Positions 29,787-40,800 of a stretch of 64,000 nucleotides of DNA are shown here, one piece after another. This DNA is from a virus (Duplodnaviria > Caudoviricetes): positions 32,001 to 96,000 of IMG/VR virus record IMGVR_UViG_3300013382_000007; one strand, 5' to 3'. A program made the translations under genes and the position numbers. Positions within the stretch are counted from its first letter, which is position 1. Every line of letters starts with the position of its first letter. A model generated the notes under the pieces. It was not told where the DNA came from and searched no databases. It worked only from the letters and a program-made list of their open reading frames with translations.

Positions 29787-30181
29787 GAAACGAAGTAAAA
29801 ATATTTACTTCACAAACTTCTCCGTGTATACAGTAATGTATGCAGGACACGACCTTAAAACCAGTAATCGCTAAAACTTTGTTACTACAATAAGAGATAG
29901 AATCAGAAACTCTTATGAATGTGAAGAAATTCGGAAACAACAACAAAGATTGTATATGATGAGAATCTAAGTACATAAAATGCGTGTTTGGTCTCCAAGT
30001 CAGAAATGATATGGTCAAACGACTATGGATTGAAAAATCCGTAAAGCTGCAAGCTATTGGCAGAAGAAATGGGTCGCCCCTAATAGGTAATGCTAAGGGT
30101 GAAGAAATAGTCTACTCACATCTTAATTGGATGTGCAGCCAATATGGCGTAATAAGATTAGCGATCTTATTAGAATATAAG
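29787..30181 (+). ncRNA. ORF-less group I intron in the tail tube gene, 395 nt (junction can slide by 0-4 nt)
   Basis: P2 UGUAUAC/GUAUGCA; P3 CGACCU/GGGUCG; P4 ACCAG/UUGGU; P6 CCA..UCAGAAAUGA..UGG; R GUCAAACGACUA; P7.1 and P7.2; S AAGAAAUAGUCU ~30102; P9 hairpins; removal restores YSVSR|EKAPIYTLG in register with the paralogs. Confidence 0.85.
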
Positions 30182-30742
30182 GAAAAAGCTCCGATCTACA
30201 CGCTCGGTTCCCCAGAACCTCGTTCCTTCTCTAGAGGAAAAAGAGGCATAGCTGGTACTCTCGTATTCACTATGTTTAACCGTGATGCTCTTCTCGAAGA
30301 GTTCAAGGCTCATAACCAGATGAATAAACTCCAGAAATTCAAAGGCAATGTTTCAAGTACAGACATTGGCGGCTATACTCCATATACATCTATTGATGAA
30401 TGGGATAGAGCAATGACCAATGGCACATACAGCAATGATGGTTCTTCTACTGTCCAGACTACTGGTGATCTTGTAGATAAGAATGCAGATGCTGCATATG
30501 CTGATGAAATTCTGCCGTTCGATATTACAATTACTTTTGCTAATGAGTATGGTCAGAATGCAGTTGCTACTATCTATGGTGTTGAGCTTCTTAACGAAGG
30601 CTCTGGATTCTCCATTGATACAGTTTCTGCTGAAAAGGCTTATACATTCATTGCACGCAGAATCAGCTATATGAAGAAGGATGACGGTACTACCGAACTC
30701 TCTAACTCTCATAAGCTCTCTGGTGCATCTTACGCAGAGTAA
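30182..30742 (+). CDS. Major tail tube protein, exon 2 (spliced product ~229 aa)
   Basis: EKAPIYTLG..RGKRGIAGTLVF...DEILPFDITITFANEYG...IYGVELLNEG...YTFIAR; directly after the sheath gene. Confidence 0.88.
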   Translation, partial: EKAPIYTLGSPEPRSFSRGKRGIAGTLVFTMFNRDALLEEFKAHNQMNKLQKFKGNVSSTDIGGYTPYTSIDEWDRAMTNGTYSNDGSSTVQTTGDLVDKNADAAYADEILPFDITITFANEYGQNAVATIYGVELLNEGSGFSIDTVSAEKAYTFIARRISYMKKDDGTTELSNSHKLSGASYAE

Positions 30743-30755
30743 TTTTAAATAGGTT

Positions 30756-30785
30756 AAATGGGGTCGCAAATGCGACTCCATTTTT
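30756..30785 (+). terminator. Intrinsic terminator after the tail tube gene
   Basis: AAATGGGGTCGC-AAAT-GCGACTCCATTTTT. Confidence 0.8.
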
Positions 30786-30808
30786 GTTTATTATAAAGTA
30801 TGCTATTG

Positions 30809-30818
30809 GTAATAATAT
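30809..30818 (+). promoter_or_regulatory. Candidate phage late-promoter motif GTAATAW (also at 41079, 49540, 59217, 6784, 14201)
   Basis: Recurs just downstream of terminators, 45-50 nt before the next start codon, in four cases. Confidence 0.45.
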
Positions 30819-30857
30819 GATAGCTAAAACAAATCTAAAATAAGAACGGTAAAAATA

Positions 30858-32543
30858 ATGTCCCAATTAGAAAATATCACACAAACTTATACGTCATTCA
30901 GTGGTGCTGACATGGTTGCTGTGTGTAATATCTTAGGTGAAGACGTTGTTTTAGGAACACTCCAGACAATCAGTTATTCACTTCATATGGAGAGAAATGC
31001 TGTAAGGTCTATTGGTAATATCAATGCAAAAGACTATACTCAAGGCCCACGTACAATAGCAGGCTCTCTTGTTTTTGCTGTTTTTGATAAGCATGTACTT
31101 TATCATATGGCAGAAGCATTTAAATACAACAATAAGTATAAAGATAATAAATATACTCAGCTATATGGTAAGTATAAATCCTTTACTAATAATAGACATG
31201 TATTAGCTGATGAATTGCCGCCATTCAATGTCACAATAACATTTGCAAATGAATATGGTAATAGATCCAAGCTTGCTATATATGGTATCAGATTATTGAA
31301 TGAAGGACAGGTTATGTCTGTCAGCGATCTTTATACCGAAAATACTTATCAGTTTGTCGCGCTTGATATTGACTATCTTTATTCTGGTGATCCACAATTA
31401 AATTATGAAGATGATGACGAATCAGAGGAAATAAAAACTCCTCAGATTAATACATCAAAGAATTATAAGTCTGATGATAGTATAGTTATTGAGCATATAA
31501 ATCATGATTATACAAACAGTCTTAGTTTGATCAATATATCAAAAAAGAGCCTAGACGAAAACGCAAAATTAAATGGCGGTATATTATATGTAAAGCAGGC
31601 GTTGTTAAGCGACGCCCAATGGCACGAATATCCCATACCAAAAAATAATACAAATACGTATCGAGAAACCTTACGCCTTGAAAATGGTGTATATAATGCT
31701 TATTTCATTGAATCTGAAACAGATTTAAAAAGCAATGAAATAACAATAAACATTCATGATGAGGTCAGAGCATTCAAACCGATAATCGAAAATACTATAT
31801 ATCGTAATGGAGAATTATACCTAAAATTCAAGCTCTTCAGTGCATTATACTTTGGACATACAACACTTAATCTTCGCGATTCATCTAAAACAAGAATTAA
31901 GAGTTATGCAATCGATGAAAATTATAATGCATATATTCCATTCTCGGATTTGAAAGATAGCAATAAATATTATCTAGATACAAGTCGCAAAGATAAAGAT
32001 TATAGTTCACTCGAAACATATACTGCTTCACATATATTCGAATTAAACTTCTCTGCTGAGATATTCGATATAATTCAATTTATTCAAAATCATTGGATAC
32101 AAGAATATGAAAGTGAATTATTAATGGTGATAAAAGAATTCTATAATAATCAATCTACATTCTTTTATTCGGCTTGTACCATGATGATTAAATCGCAATC
32201 ATATGCAGACAATGACAGATTCTATTATACATTTTTAAATCGTATATGTGATCTTGAAAATGAATATTTGCAATTAATAAATGGAGAGAATTTCTTACCT
32301 CCAGACAAAACAGACGCAAATGAAATTTATTATCTATCATGTCTCGGTACAGCATATGAAACTAAGAAAGATATAATTGTATCTAATCTGAATCAGATGG
32401 TTGAGTTTGGCGAAGATCCCAAATTCTATAATGTTCCAAGCATTACAAACAATAAACGGTCATACGCTTATTATTATTGTATGATTAACAGATCCACAAA
32501 AGCACTGTCAACTATATTAGGAGGTATCAGACAATATGAATAA
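30858..32543 (+). CDS. Tail tube-like protein 2 with C-terminal extension
   Basis: N-terminal ~175 aa are paralogous to the tube (SFSGAD, GPRTIAGSLVF, DELPPFNVTITFANEYG, YGIRLLNEG). Confidence 0.85.
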   Translation: MSQLENITQTYTSFSGADMVAVCNILGEDVVLGTLQTISYSLHMERNAVRSIGNINAKDYTQGPRTIAGSLVFAVFDKHVLYHMAEAFKYNNKYKDNKYTQLYGKYKSFTNNRHVLADELPPFNVTITFANEYGNRSKLAIYGIRLLNEGQVMSVSDLYTENTYQFVALDIDYLYSGDPQLNYEDDDESEEIKTPQINTSKNYKSDDSIVIEHINHDYTNSLSLINISKKSLDENAKLNGGILYVKQALLSDAQWHEYPIPKNNTNTYRETLRLENGVYNAYFIESETDLKSNEITINIHDEVRAFKPIIENTIYRNGELYLKFKLFSALYFGHTTLNLRDSSKTRIKSYAIDENYNAYIPFSDLKDSNKYYLDTSRKDKDYSSLETYTASHIFELNFSAEIFDIIQFIQNHWIQEYESELLMVIKEFYNNQSTFFYSACTMMIKSQSYADNDRFYYTFLNRICDLENEYLQLINGENFLPPDKTDANEIYYLSCLGTAYETKKDIIVSNLNQMVEFGEDPKFYNVPSITNNKRSYAYYYCMINRSTKALSTILGGIRQYE

Positions 32544-33588
32544 TGTTACAACCTATAAGGTTCCTAATACAAGACTTGGCAGTAAAGCAATGTATTCTAA
32601 CATTATTAATCGCAATAATGTTACATTAGGACAAAACAAATATGGTGATCTAAGCAGTTTGTCAGAAACCAGATACTTCTCTGCTGTTGACGCAGGAATC
32701 TATTTTGGTGATGTATATATAGATGAGTGCGTTGACATCTCATTTACAATGCAACAAAGCACTCTACCAATTACCGGTTATAATTCATATGTCTTTGATA
32801 CATGTGCTCAAGGTGCAAGAATTATACAAGGTTCGTTTGCTATCAATTTTACAAAATCTAATTATTTATATGAGATACTCAATTCTATAGACACGACCAA
32901 TACTGGAGCTACATTAAGTAGTATCAGTAAACCGTGTAACCAAATTACAATGGATAAGAATACTAAAGCACCAATGTATAATAAGTGCTTCAATATAGTT
33001 ATCCCATATGGAGAAGTCAATACTGTAATTAACAAACAATTGCTTAAACTATCTACTATGATAGTACTTAAGGGAGTCCATTTAATTTCATGTTCACAAT
33101 CGTTTGGAACAGCTTCAAACGGTGGTGGCGCAACCATATTTGAACAGTATCAATTCTATGCAAGAGATATTGCATTTGATAATAATGATACAACAGAAAC
33201 TGAAGTTAAAAATGATGTTATAGAAAAAGAAGATATTACAGTTAATAGCTTTATCGCCTATGAAAAAAGTGGAGCATATGATCTTATTGGTAATATCACA
33301 ATCAACAACAATAATATCGAAGAGATAACAAATATAAATGCCATATTCAATAATAAATATAGTATGTCTCTTACATATGATTCTGATTCATATACTTTTT
33401 CACATCATATTTCTACGGCTAAAAGTCAATATAAAAATGGTTTTGATCAAGCAATAGCCACTTATTTATATAAAGAAGGTATGGAAAATTCTGCGCCAGT
33501 AATTGTTCCAATTACATTCAATTATAATTATTATAATGATGATACTGCACATAGTCAAACCACTCTAGTTCAAGTGCAATATAAATAA
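32536..33588 (+). CDS. Tail tube-like protein 3 (tube initiator-like)
   Basis: YFSAVD, QGARIIQGSFAINF, LKGVHL and EQYQFYARD tube-fold motifs. Confidence 0.75.
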   Translation: MNNVTTYKVPNTRLGSKAMYSNIINRNNVTLGQNKYGDLSSLSETRYFSAVDAGIYFGDVYIDECVDISFTMQQSTLPITGYNSYVFDTCAQGARIIQGSFAINFTKSNYLYEILNSIDTTNTGATLSSISKPCNQITMDKNTKAPMYNKCFNIVIPYGEVNTVINKQLLKLSTMIVLKGVHLISCSQSFGTASNGGGATIFEQYQFYARDIAFDNNDTTETEVKNDVIEKEDITVNSFIAYEKSGAYDLIGNITINNNNIEEITNINAIFNNKYSMSLTYDSDSYTFSHHISTAKSQYKNGFDQAIATYLYKEGMENSAPVIVPITFNYNYYNDDTAHSQTTLVQVQYK

Positions 33589-33628
33589 CGCATAAATATA
33601 ATATAATAATCGGAGAGTTATATAATAT

Positions 33629-34108
33629 ATGAAACTTAATAGTATTAAAAATAGCAATCAGGATAATAATCAAGTAGAAGTAACAGAGGAATCTACTCCT
33701 ACCCTTAGTACACAGAAAGTAGAACCAGTAAAAGAGGATTTATCTGGACTCACATTAAATGAGAAGATAGAGTACTGGAAAAATAAATACAAGAAAATCT
33801 ACAGAACAATTATAGATGATACTACGTTTATCTGGAGAAGGCTCAATAGAAATGAATATGCTTCTGTTGCATTTGAGACATTCAGCGATAATAAAAAGCT
33901 AGACATGTTTGAAAAGCAATTCAGATTCTGTCAGTTCTGTGTATTGTATCCTGACAATGCAATAGAGATGATGAATGAAAGTGCAGGTATTGCTCCTGTC
34001 CTTGCTGATGAAATAGTATTTAAGAGCGGATTCAGCTCTATGTTTCCTAAGACTGAAGAAGTTACTTCTGCTGATGATCTTTCTGATGAAGATAGTGATA
34101 AGGAGTAA
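33629..34108 (+). CDS. Tail assembly chaperone-like protein A
   Basis: WKNKYKKIY...FIWRRLNRNEY...CVLYP...AGIAPVL; position between tube genes and the first giant gene. Confidence 0.65.
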   Translation: MKLNSIKNSNQDNNQVEVTEESTPTLSTQKVEPVKEDLSGLTLNEKIEYWKNKYKKIYRTIIDDTTFIWRRLNRNEYASVAFETFSDNKKLDMFEKQFRFCQFCVLYPDNAIEMMNESAGIAPVLADEIVFKSGFSSMFPKTEEVTSADDLSDEDSDKE

Positions 34109-34114
34109 TAGTCT

Positions 34115-34822
34115 ATGAAAATTAAAAACGCTTCTTCTGAAACTAAAGAGAAACAAGATAGTGAAGTTAGCTTATCTGAATTCATTGAGTCTATAGAAGA
34201 AAAGTATCGTGATTATTTTATAGATAAGGTCGATAATGAAGTATTCATCTATACCCCTATTGGTCGAAAAGATTGGATAGATATTTGTGAAAGAACAGAC
34301 TTGAATCAATTTAAAAAAGAAGAATTAATATGTTCTATTTGCACTATATATCCTAAAAATTATGATTTCACAGAATGTCTTGCTGGTATACCTACAGAAC
34401 TATCTAAGCTTATTATAGAACATTCCTATCTTAAAAAAGAAGATATGATTGATATGATCACATTCTATCGGAATGAAATGAATACTATAAACAATAATAT
34501 AACTTGTCTTATAAACGAAGCATTCCCTAATTATGATATTGAAGAAATAGAAAACTGGGGAATGGATCGCACCATTAAGTATTTTACAAGAGCGGAATGG
34601 AAGCTTACAAATCTTCGTGGTATGCCTCTGAAAGAGGATATTGTAACATTATTACAGCAATCAAATGGAAGTACGGCAAGTGATGATAGCACTAATATGA
34701 AAAGCGCTGATACAGCAGAAGTAGTAGATTCTGGTGCTAATCTGACTCCAGAACGACTTGCTGAACTCAAGGCTAAATTCCCAGATATAGACTGGGGTAA
34801 TCCAACTACTCATTTAAGATAA
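34115..34822 (+). CDS. Tail assembly chaperone-like protein B (paralog of A with extension)
   Basis: EKYRDYF...FIYTPIGRKDW...CTIYP...AGIPTEL mirrors protein A, followed by an IEEIENW extension. Confidence 0.65.
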   Translation: MKIKNASSETKEKQDSEVSLSEFIESIEEKYRDYFIDKVDNEVFIYTPIGRKDWIDICERTDLNQFKKEELICSICTIYPKNYDFTECLAGIPTELSKLIIEHSYLKKEDMIDMITFYRNEMNTINNNITCLINEAFPNYDIEEIENWGMDRTIKYFTRAEWKLTNLRGMPLKEDIVTLLQQSNGSTASDDSTNMKSADTAEVVDSGANLTPERLAELKAKFPDIDWGNPTTHLR

Positions 34823-34832
34823 AGGTATTTAT

Positions 34833-34878
34833 GCTTGCCAAATAATATTTAAGTATATTATTTAGGCAAGCTGTTTTT
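34833..34878 (+). terminator. Hairpin/terminator before the 2048-aa gene
   Basis: GCTTGCC-AAATAATAT...ATATTATTT-A-GGCAAGC followed by TGTTTTT. Confidence 0.6.
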
Positions 34879-34886
34879 ATATAAAT

Positions 34887-37800
34887 ATGGCTAGAAGAAA
34901 AAAAGATAATAGGCGTGAAAGATCTAAACGTCAGCCTGGATTACTTGATAGAATTCCTACTATAGTTGGAGCAGCAGCTGCTGTTGGTATAAGTACTGCT
35001 GTATTAAGCAACAGATCTCCATCTATACTATCTGATTCTATAAATAAAATAACTCATGCATTAGGAGAAACTGCGACTCAATTACAAAAAACAAATTTCA
35101 GAGATTTTAATATCGATACTGCAAAGGCTGCAATTAATAAATTTGCTTCTTCTTATAAAGAACATACGTCACAATATAATCCTATAAATAAAAATTCTCT
35201 TGGATCTGTTTTTAGTAACCTTGCTAAAGTCAAATCAACGGCTTCAAAGATTATTAAAGAAGAGTCATTCACTGAGGGTATTAATGAGTTAGCCAGTAAA
35301 TTTAAGACAGGAGACGAATTGCTAGATAAACGACGATTCTCTGTCTTGAATTCATTTTTAAGAAAAGATACTAAAAGTTTATATAATCCAAATACAGATG
35401 CATTATTCAGATTCAGAAAAAGTGCTACAACAAAATTAGGCGCAAATGGATTATTTAGCGATTCTGAAATTGCTGATATAACAAATGAAGCAATAGAAAT
35501 GTCTTCGCTTCTTTTCAGAAAAACCGGCACAACAGAAGAAGGGTTTGGTAAGGTTACAAAGTACGGAGGGACATTAAAGTCTCTTAAAAGGTATGAAAAG
35601 TCATTAGGAAATGGATCATTCCAAGCTAAACTTGACAAACTGTCTGATCAATTAAGAGAATCATTTCTTGATATAGACAGTCTTGAAAAAAGATACGGTT
35701 CCGCATCTATTAGCAGTGCAAAGAATACATTTGCCAAAGACATTCTTAATAATGATCCACTAACGCTAAAACAGTTAGCAGAAAGATATAGAAGTGGCGA
35801 CAAAAATATCTCTCACAGTTCTTTCATGGATAAGGCAGTACGTGACATAGAAGATCTCTTATCTAGCGCTGATGGAGAAAGATATGGAAATCTATATTGG
35901 GATAAGAGTCTCAGAATTGACAAAAATGGCAATATACAAAACTATTCTGGCATAAATTCTATAGCAAGAAAAGCTAAGAGTTTTTATGATGAGACAATAG
36001 TCGCTAAGGTTCTTAAATTAGATGAATTTGTAAATACTGATATCTCTCCACTTATTATATCTAATGCAGGCTCGTTTAACCCGATACTCGAGAAATTAAT
36101 CAATAAAGATTCTACATCTACTAGACTCACCAATACATTCTTAAGTATTAATGGTAAATCATTTACCTATGCTAATGGAGAATTAAATCGCCTCGAAGAT
36201 CTTGATGATATTATAAAGAACGTAGGCAAAAACTCCGTCGCTGGAAAAAGCATGGAGAAAATGTTTGGCGCAGATTATGATACTGGCAGAACACGTGGTG
36301 GAATACTTGACTTTCATGAATCAAATAAAATGAATCCAGTAGAGTCTGCTGTATCATTCTTCACTAAATTTAATGATCCAAGATATGCAAAAAACGAAGC
36401 AAAGAATGTATTTGGCAATATAGATACTGATTCATTAGATTTTGATGAATTAGAAGATTTATATGGTAAATACTCAGATATCAATAAGATTCTTCAAAGT
36501 AATTATGATTCATTAGATAAAGCTTCTGCTGAAAAATTGTACGACTCTTTAAGCTCTCTTTCTGGAAATAATCAAGTAGATGAATTGCGCAAATACTTAC
36601 ATATTCTTACTGAAGATGATGATGCTATGACATCATCTCTGACAGCATTAGCTTCCGGCAGTTTGTCTGAAGATTCTTTAATGTCCAGTAAACTCAGTAA
36701 AGAATTATCTATTCTAAGATCAGATCCTGCAAAATATATTGCAAGTAATCATACTAATAATAACTTTATACCAGGAATGTCTCGTGAATCAGTATCTGCA
36801 TATGATATGCTACGCAGAGGCGTTACAGATGAAGCAATGATGCGTCTTAGTACATTTAGCAGCATTGATGAAGATATGTCTTCATTTATCACACAAGTTC
36901 TTGGTGAAGGAACTGACGCTGCTGATAAGACACTCAATGCTTTATATTCTTCTGAATTCAATAATGCATTTACTGACTTTGCGAATCAATCAGCAGAATC
37001 ATTACAAGAATCATATACCAATGCAATAAATCATGTCAATTCTATTTTACAAAATAATCAGAAAGAAAAAGATAAGTTATTTTCAATTGTAAATGACAAT
37101 GTATCTTTATTGCAAAGTGGCTTTAATGATAAAGAGTATTTTGAAAATGAATATTCTGATAATCTATTTATACAGAAAGGTACTAGCCCACTTGATCTTA
37201 TACGGAGTCTGAATGATTCTGAAAAATTCAAATCAACAGCTAAACAATTTGGGAAGCAATTTATAGCTGGAACAGATAATCCTGAAGATATAACATCTTC
37301 TACATATGGACCATTCTTTTTCGCAAACAGATTATTATCAGGTTTTGAGCGCTATGGATTAGGTTTTTCTGCTGATGCATATAAGAATACTGCATCATTA
37401 GCTGCTAATATTATGCTTAAGCGAGTCTTACCAGCTGCCGGAGTATTATATGGATTAAGCTATTTAAATTTTGAAACAGATAATTTTACTGGATCAAGTC
37501 TTGGAGAACAATTTGCGTCAGGTATAGCCAATGTTGATTTAGGAATAAGACGTATAACTGATACAGTTGGACTGTCTGATTCATTAAGAGACTTATCTAT
37601 ATCTAACCCTATGTTCAGTTATTGGAGTAATGAGCAAGAATATCAAGGTTATGATGAGCGCAAGGAATGGTATGAAGATGGATATAGTCCAGTAAGATCT
37701 GGACGTTGGTGGTCATTCGGATCATCTTCAGAATTTCGTGGTGGTAAAATATCTTATTTTACTCCAAACTATTTAAGACGTGTATCATCTAATTATTATG

Positions 37801-40800
37801 ATGTATCTGTATATGGATCATCAGATGAAAAATGGAAACATTCTTGGATACCAACGCCAAGACATCCATTCTCTACCCTTACTGCATTAATGGATCCATA
37901 CTGGCTTGAAGAAAAACATTATGAGGACAGACCTTATCCTGTAACTGGCAAGCTATTTGAAGAAGGAACTCCCTGGGGCGCAGTCTTAAATCCTACTATA
38001 GGCAATCTGATTAAACCTCAGAAAAGAATGCATCAAGATGTTCTACAAGGAACAACCATTGATGTACGAGCTCTTATTCGCAAATATAATGAGGATGAGA
38101 AAAATAAATCTGATGCCAATAGTTATGTACAAATAGGTGGATATAATGGTGTATCCACAGTTAAAAGACCAGAATCTTCATATGGTGTTCCTGGAGAAGG
38201 CTTTGCGCCTGATTATGATGTATATTATGATACATCTAATACTGCATATTATACTCCTGTATCTGGAAATGGTTCTGGTGGTGAAGGTGCCTCTATTTAT
38301 GATAATAGCAGTATGTCTAATATGACTGGCTATTATGGCCAAGTTGCAAGCGACATATCTGCATATGATAAACTCAGAGCATCCAGTAATCCAATTGCTT
38401 TTGCAGCATCAAGAGTTATTCCGCTTGATCAGATATCTATGATAAATAGTGCTACTAAGCAAAAGAGTAGGAATAAGATATCTGGATATGCTCCATCTGG
38501 CTTTATACAAGATAGTGGAGCTTATTATACAGAAGGTGGCCCATCGTTTGATCCTCTGGCAAAACAGTTTGATAAAAATGATTTTATCGAATCACGATCT
38601 GTGGAAGAATGGCTCAGAGATGCTTCATACTCTGCAAAAGAACTTGGTGGTATATATGGTTTCGCAGTAGACTTAGCATTCCCTGCTCAACATAAATATA
38701 TAGAAGCAAATGCTGGCGCAATGGCTTCATTCTCTGGTAGATTCTGGGATGAAAATGTCGGCGGCTATGGTGGAGACATCATGGAAATCGCAAGACGATT
38801 CTTCCCTCATGAAGATCATTCTGTTACTAAAATTAATAATATACAGAATACGATGCCCGAATGGATCCCCGAGCGTTTTCATTACTCAGACCCGTACACA
38901 TCACTACCCAAAGGCGACATGAGACTTCCTGGTCCAGGTTATGAAACTCTGAATGAATTACACCCTGATTCCTACGGGATTTACGGCAGTTTTGATAGAT
39001 TCAAAATCTTAGCAGATATCGCTCCTTGGTCACAAGAATATAAACAATGGCACAGAATAGTTAAGCAACAGAATTTAAGTCCTGAAATGCAGGATGAAAT
39101 CAAAGAGATAGAAGATAGAGTTAAGCGCCAAAATTCAAGACACACATTCTATAATAAAAACTACGATATAGAAACAGAAGATATAAATGGTACTGTTTCT
39201 GAAGTTGGCAAAGATAATACCTTTAAACTATATGGTTCAGATAAGGTATATTCTGTTGCAGGAGTAGATTTAAGAAGTGGTCAGGAATTAAGTCAATTTT
39301 TAACTGCTGGTTCTGATGTTAAACTTACTGTTGATAAAAAAGATTTAAATAATGATGTAACAGGTGCTATTGTATATGATTATTCTAATAGTGGAGCTAA
39401 TGTTACAAGATCAATAATTGAAGCTGATGCTGGAACAATTAATAGAGACACATCAATTGGAGTACAAGCATATTCTGATGGCTTCTCTGTTTTAAATGCG
39501 CTTGGTGAATCTGTCGCGCATGCTCCTATTCCATTCATACATAATAAATTCTTAAGAGTGAATACTCCTATGGAAGCCTGGGAAGAAGAAGAACTATATG
39601 GAACATCATATTCTACTTGGAATCATCCTGTAGAAGGCTATATAAAACCAGCTATAAGAAAAACTATGGCAATGACTCCAATGGCTATCGTAGCTAATGT
39701 CGCATTGACTGGAATATCTAAGTATATTGATAGTACAGATGCAAGTGATCTTATAAAAGCCGGTGCTAAATCTGCTGAAGCATTAACTAATCCATTGGCA
39801 TTCGCAGGTGGTATGGCTTCTTCCCTTCTCACCATGAATACAAAATATACTAAGCTTGGTGTAGATATAGGAGAAGCGATAGGTCTTGGAGTATTAGCAT
39901 ATAAGAGTGCAGATAATCCTATTTTATCTACAATAACTGGTACTGCTATAGGAGCTACATTTGGCGCGCAATTCTTTAAAACTACTCATGTTAAAGGAGC
40001 TGAAGTAGGAGCTCTTGTTGGACTAGGTATATCAGCTCTCAAAAATGCTTATTTTGACAAAGATGAGATGTTTGGAGACTATGTGCCTGAGGATGCTCAA
40101 AAACGTTGGGATATGCAAGAATACTTTGATAGACTCAAATATATAAAGTATTCAGGATTATATGAAGAAGCTGCTCGTCAAGCAAAAGAAAAAGAAGGAG
40201 TAGACATTAAATCTATCCTTAATAGAATGGAATATGCGGAAGAAGAAAATAAAGAGCTCCAACAAAAGCTGTTAAAGTATAGAAACAATATTCAAAATAA
40301 CTCATTCTTATCTTATTCTGAACGTCAAGAAGCATTAAGTAACATAGAAGGTAAATTAGCTCAAATAAAATATAATAACGATAGTGTAGTCATTGAAGGT
40401 GGAGAATACACTAAAGCTGCTATAGCTTATAAAAAGGCTGCTGAATCTACTATTTATGGTCTTCAAGATGATGCAGGATGGTCAGAGATATTAAAAGCAT
40501 TGCCCAAAAACCATAGAGACTTCTTTATGGAGTTTGCTAAAGAAACTGATGAAGATAAACGTAATGAGATACGCTCAAAAGTTTCTGATTACGAAGGTAA
40601 GGTTCTCGACCTTGTTTGGAATGAAAAGAAATCCAAAATAGAAGACAATGCAGAATATTTTACAGATCATTATCTTCCTAATATGTCCTGGGTTGGTTGG
40701 AAACCAGACACAAGCCTTGACAATGTGCAAATGAAGACAATAGAAAATGAAGGTATGCTGCTTTCTGACTTTGGTTTCTATGATTCAAATCTTGAAGAAT

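Noticed and set aside
29984-30181. Track N-terminus MFGLQVRND... of the tube ORF
   Set aside because: It lies in the intron core (P6-P9); the real N-terminus is exon 1 at 29658.
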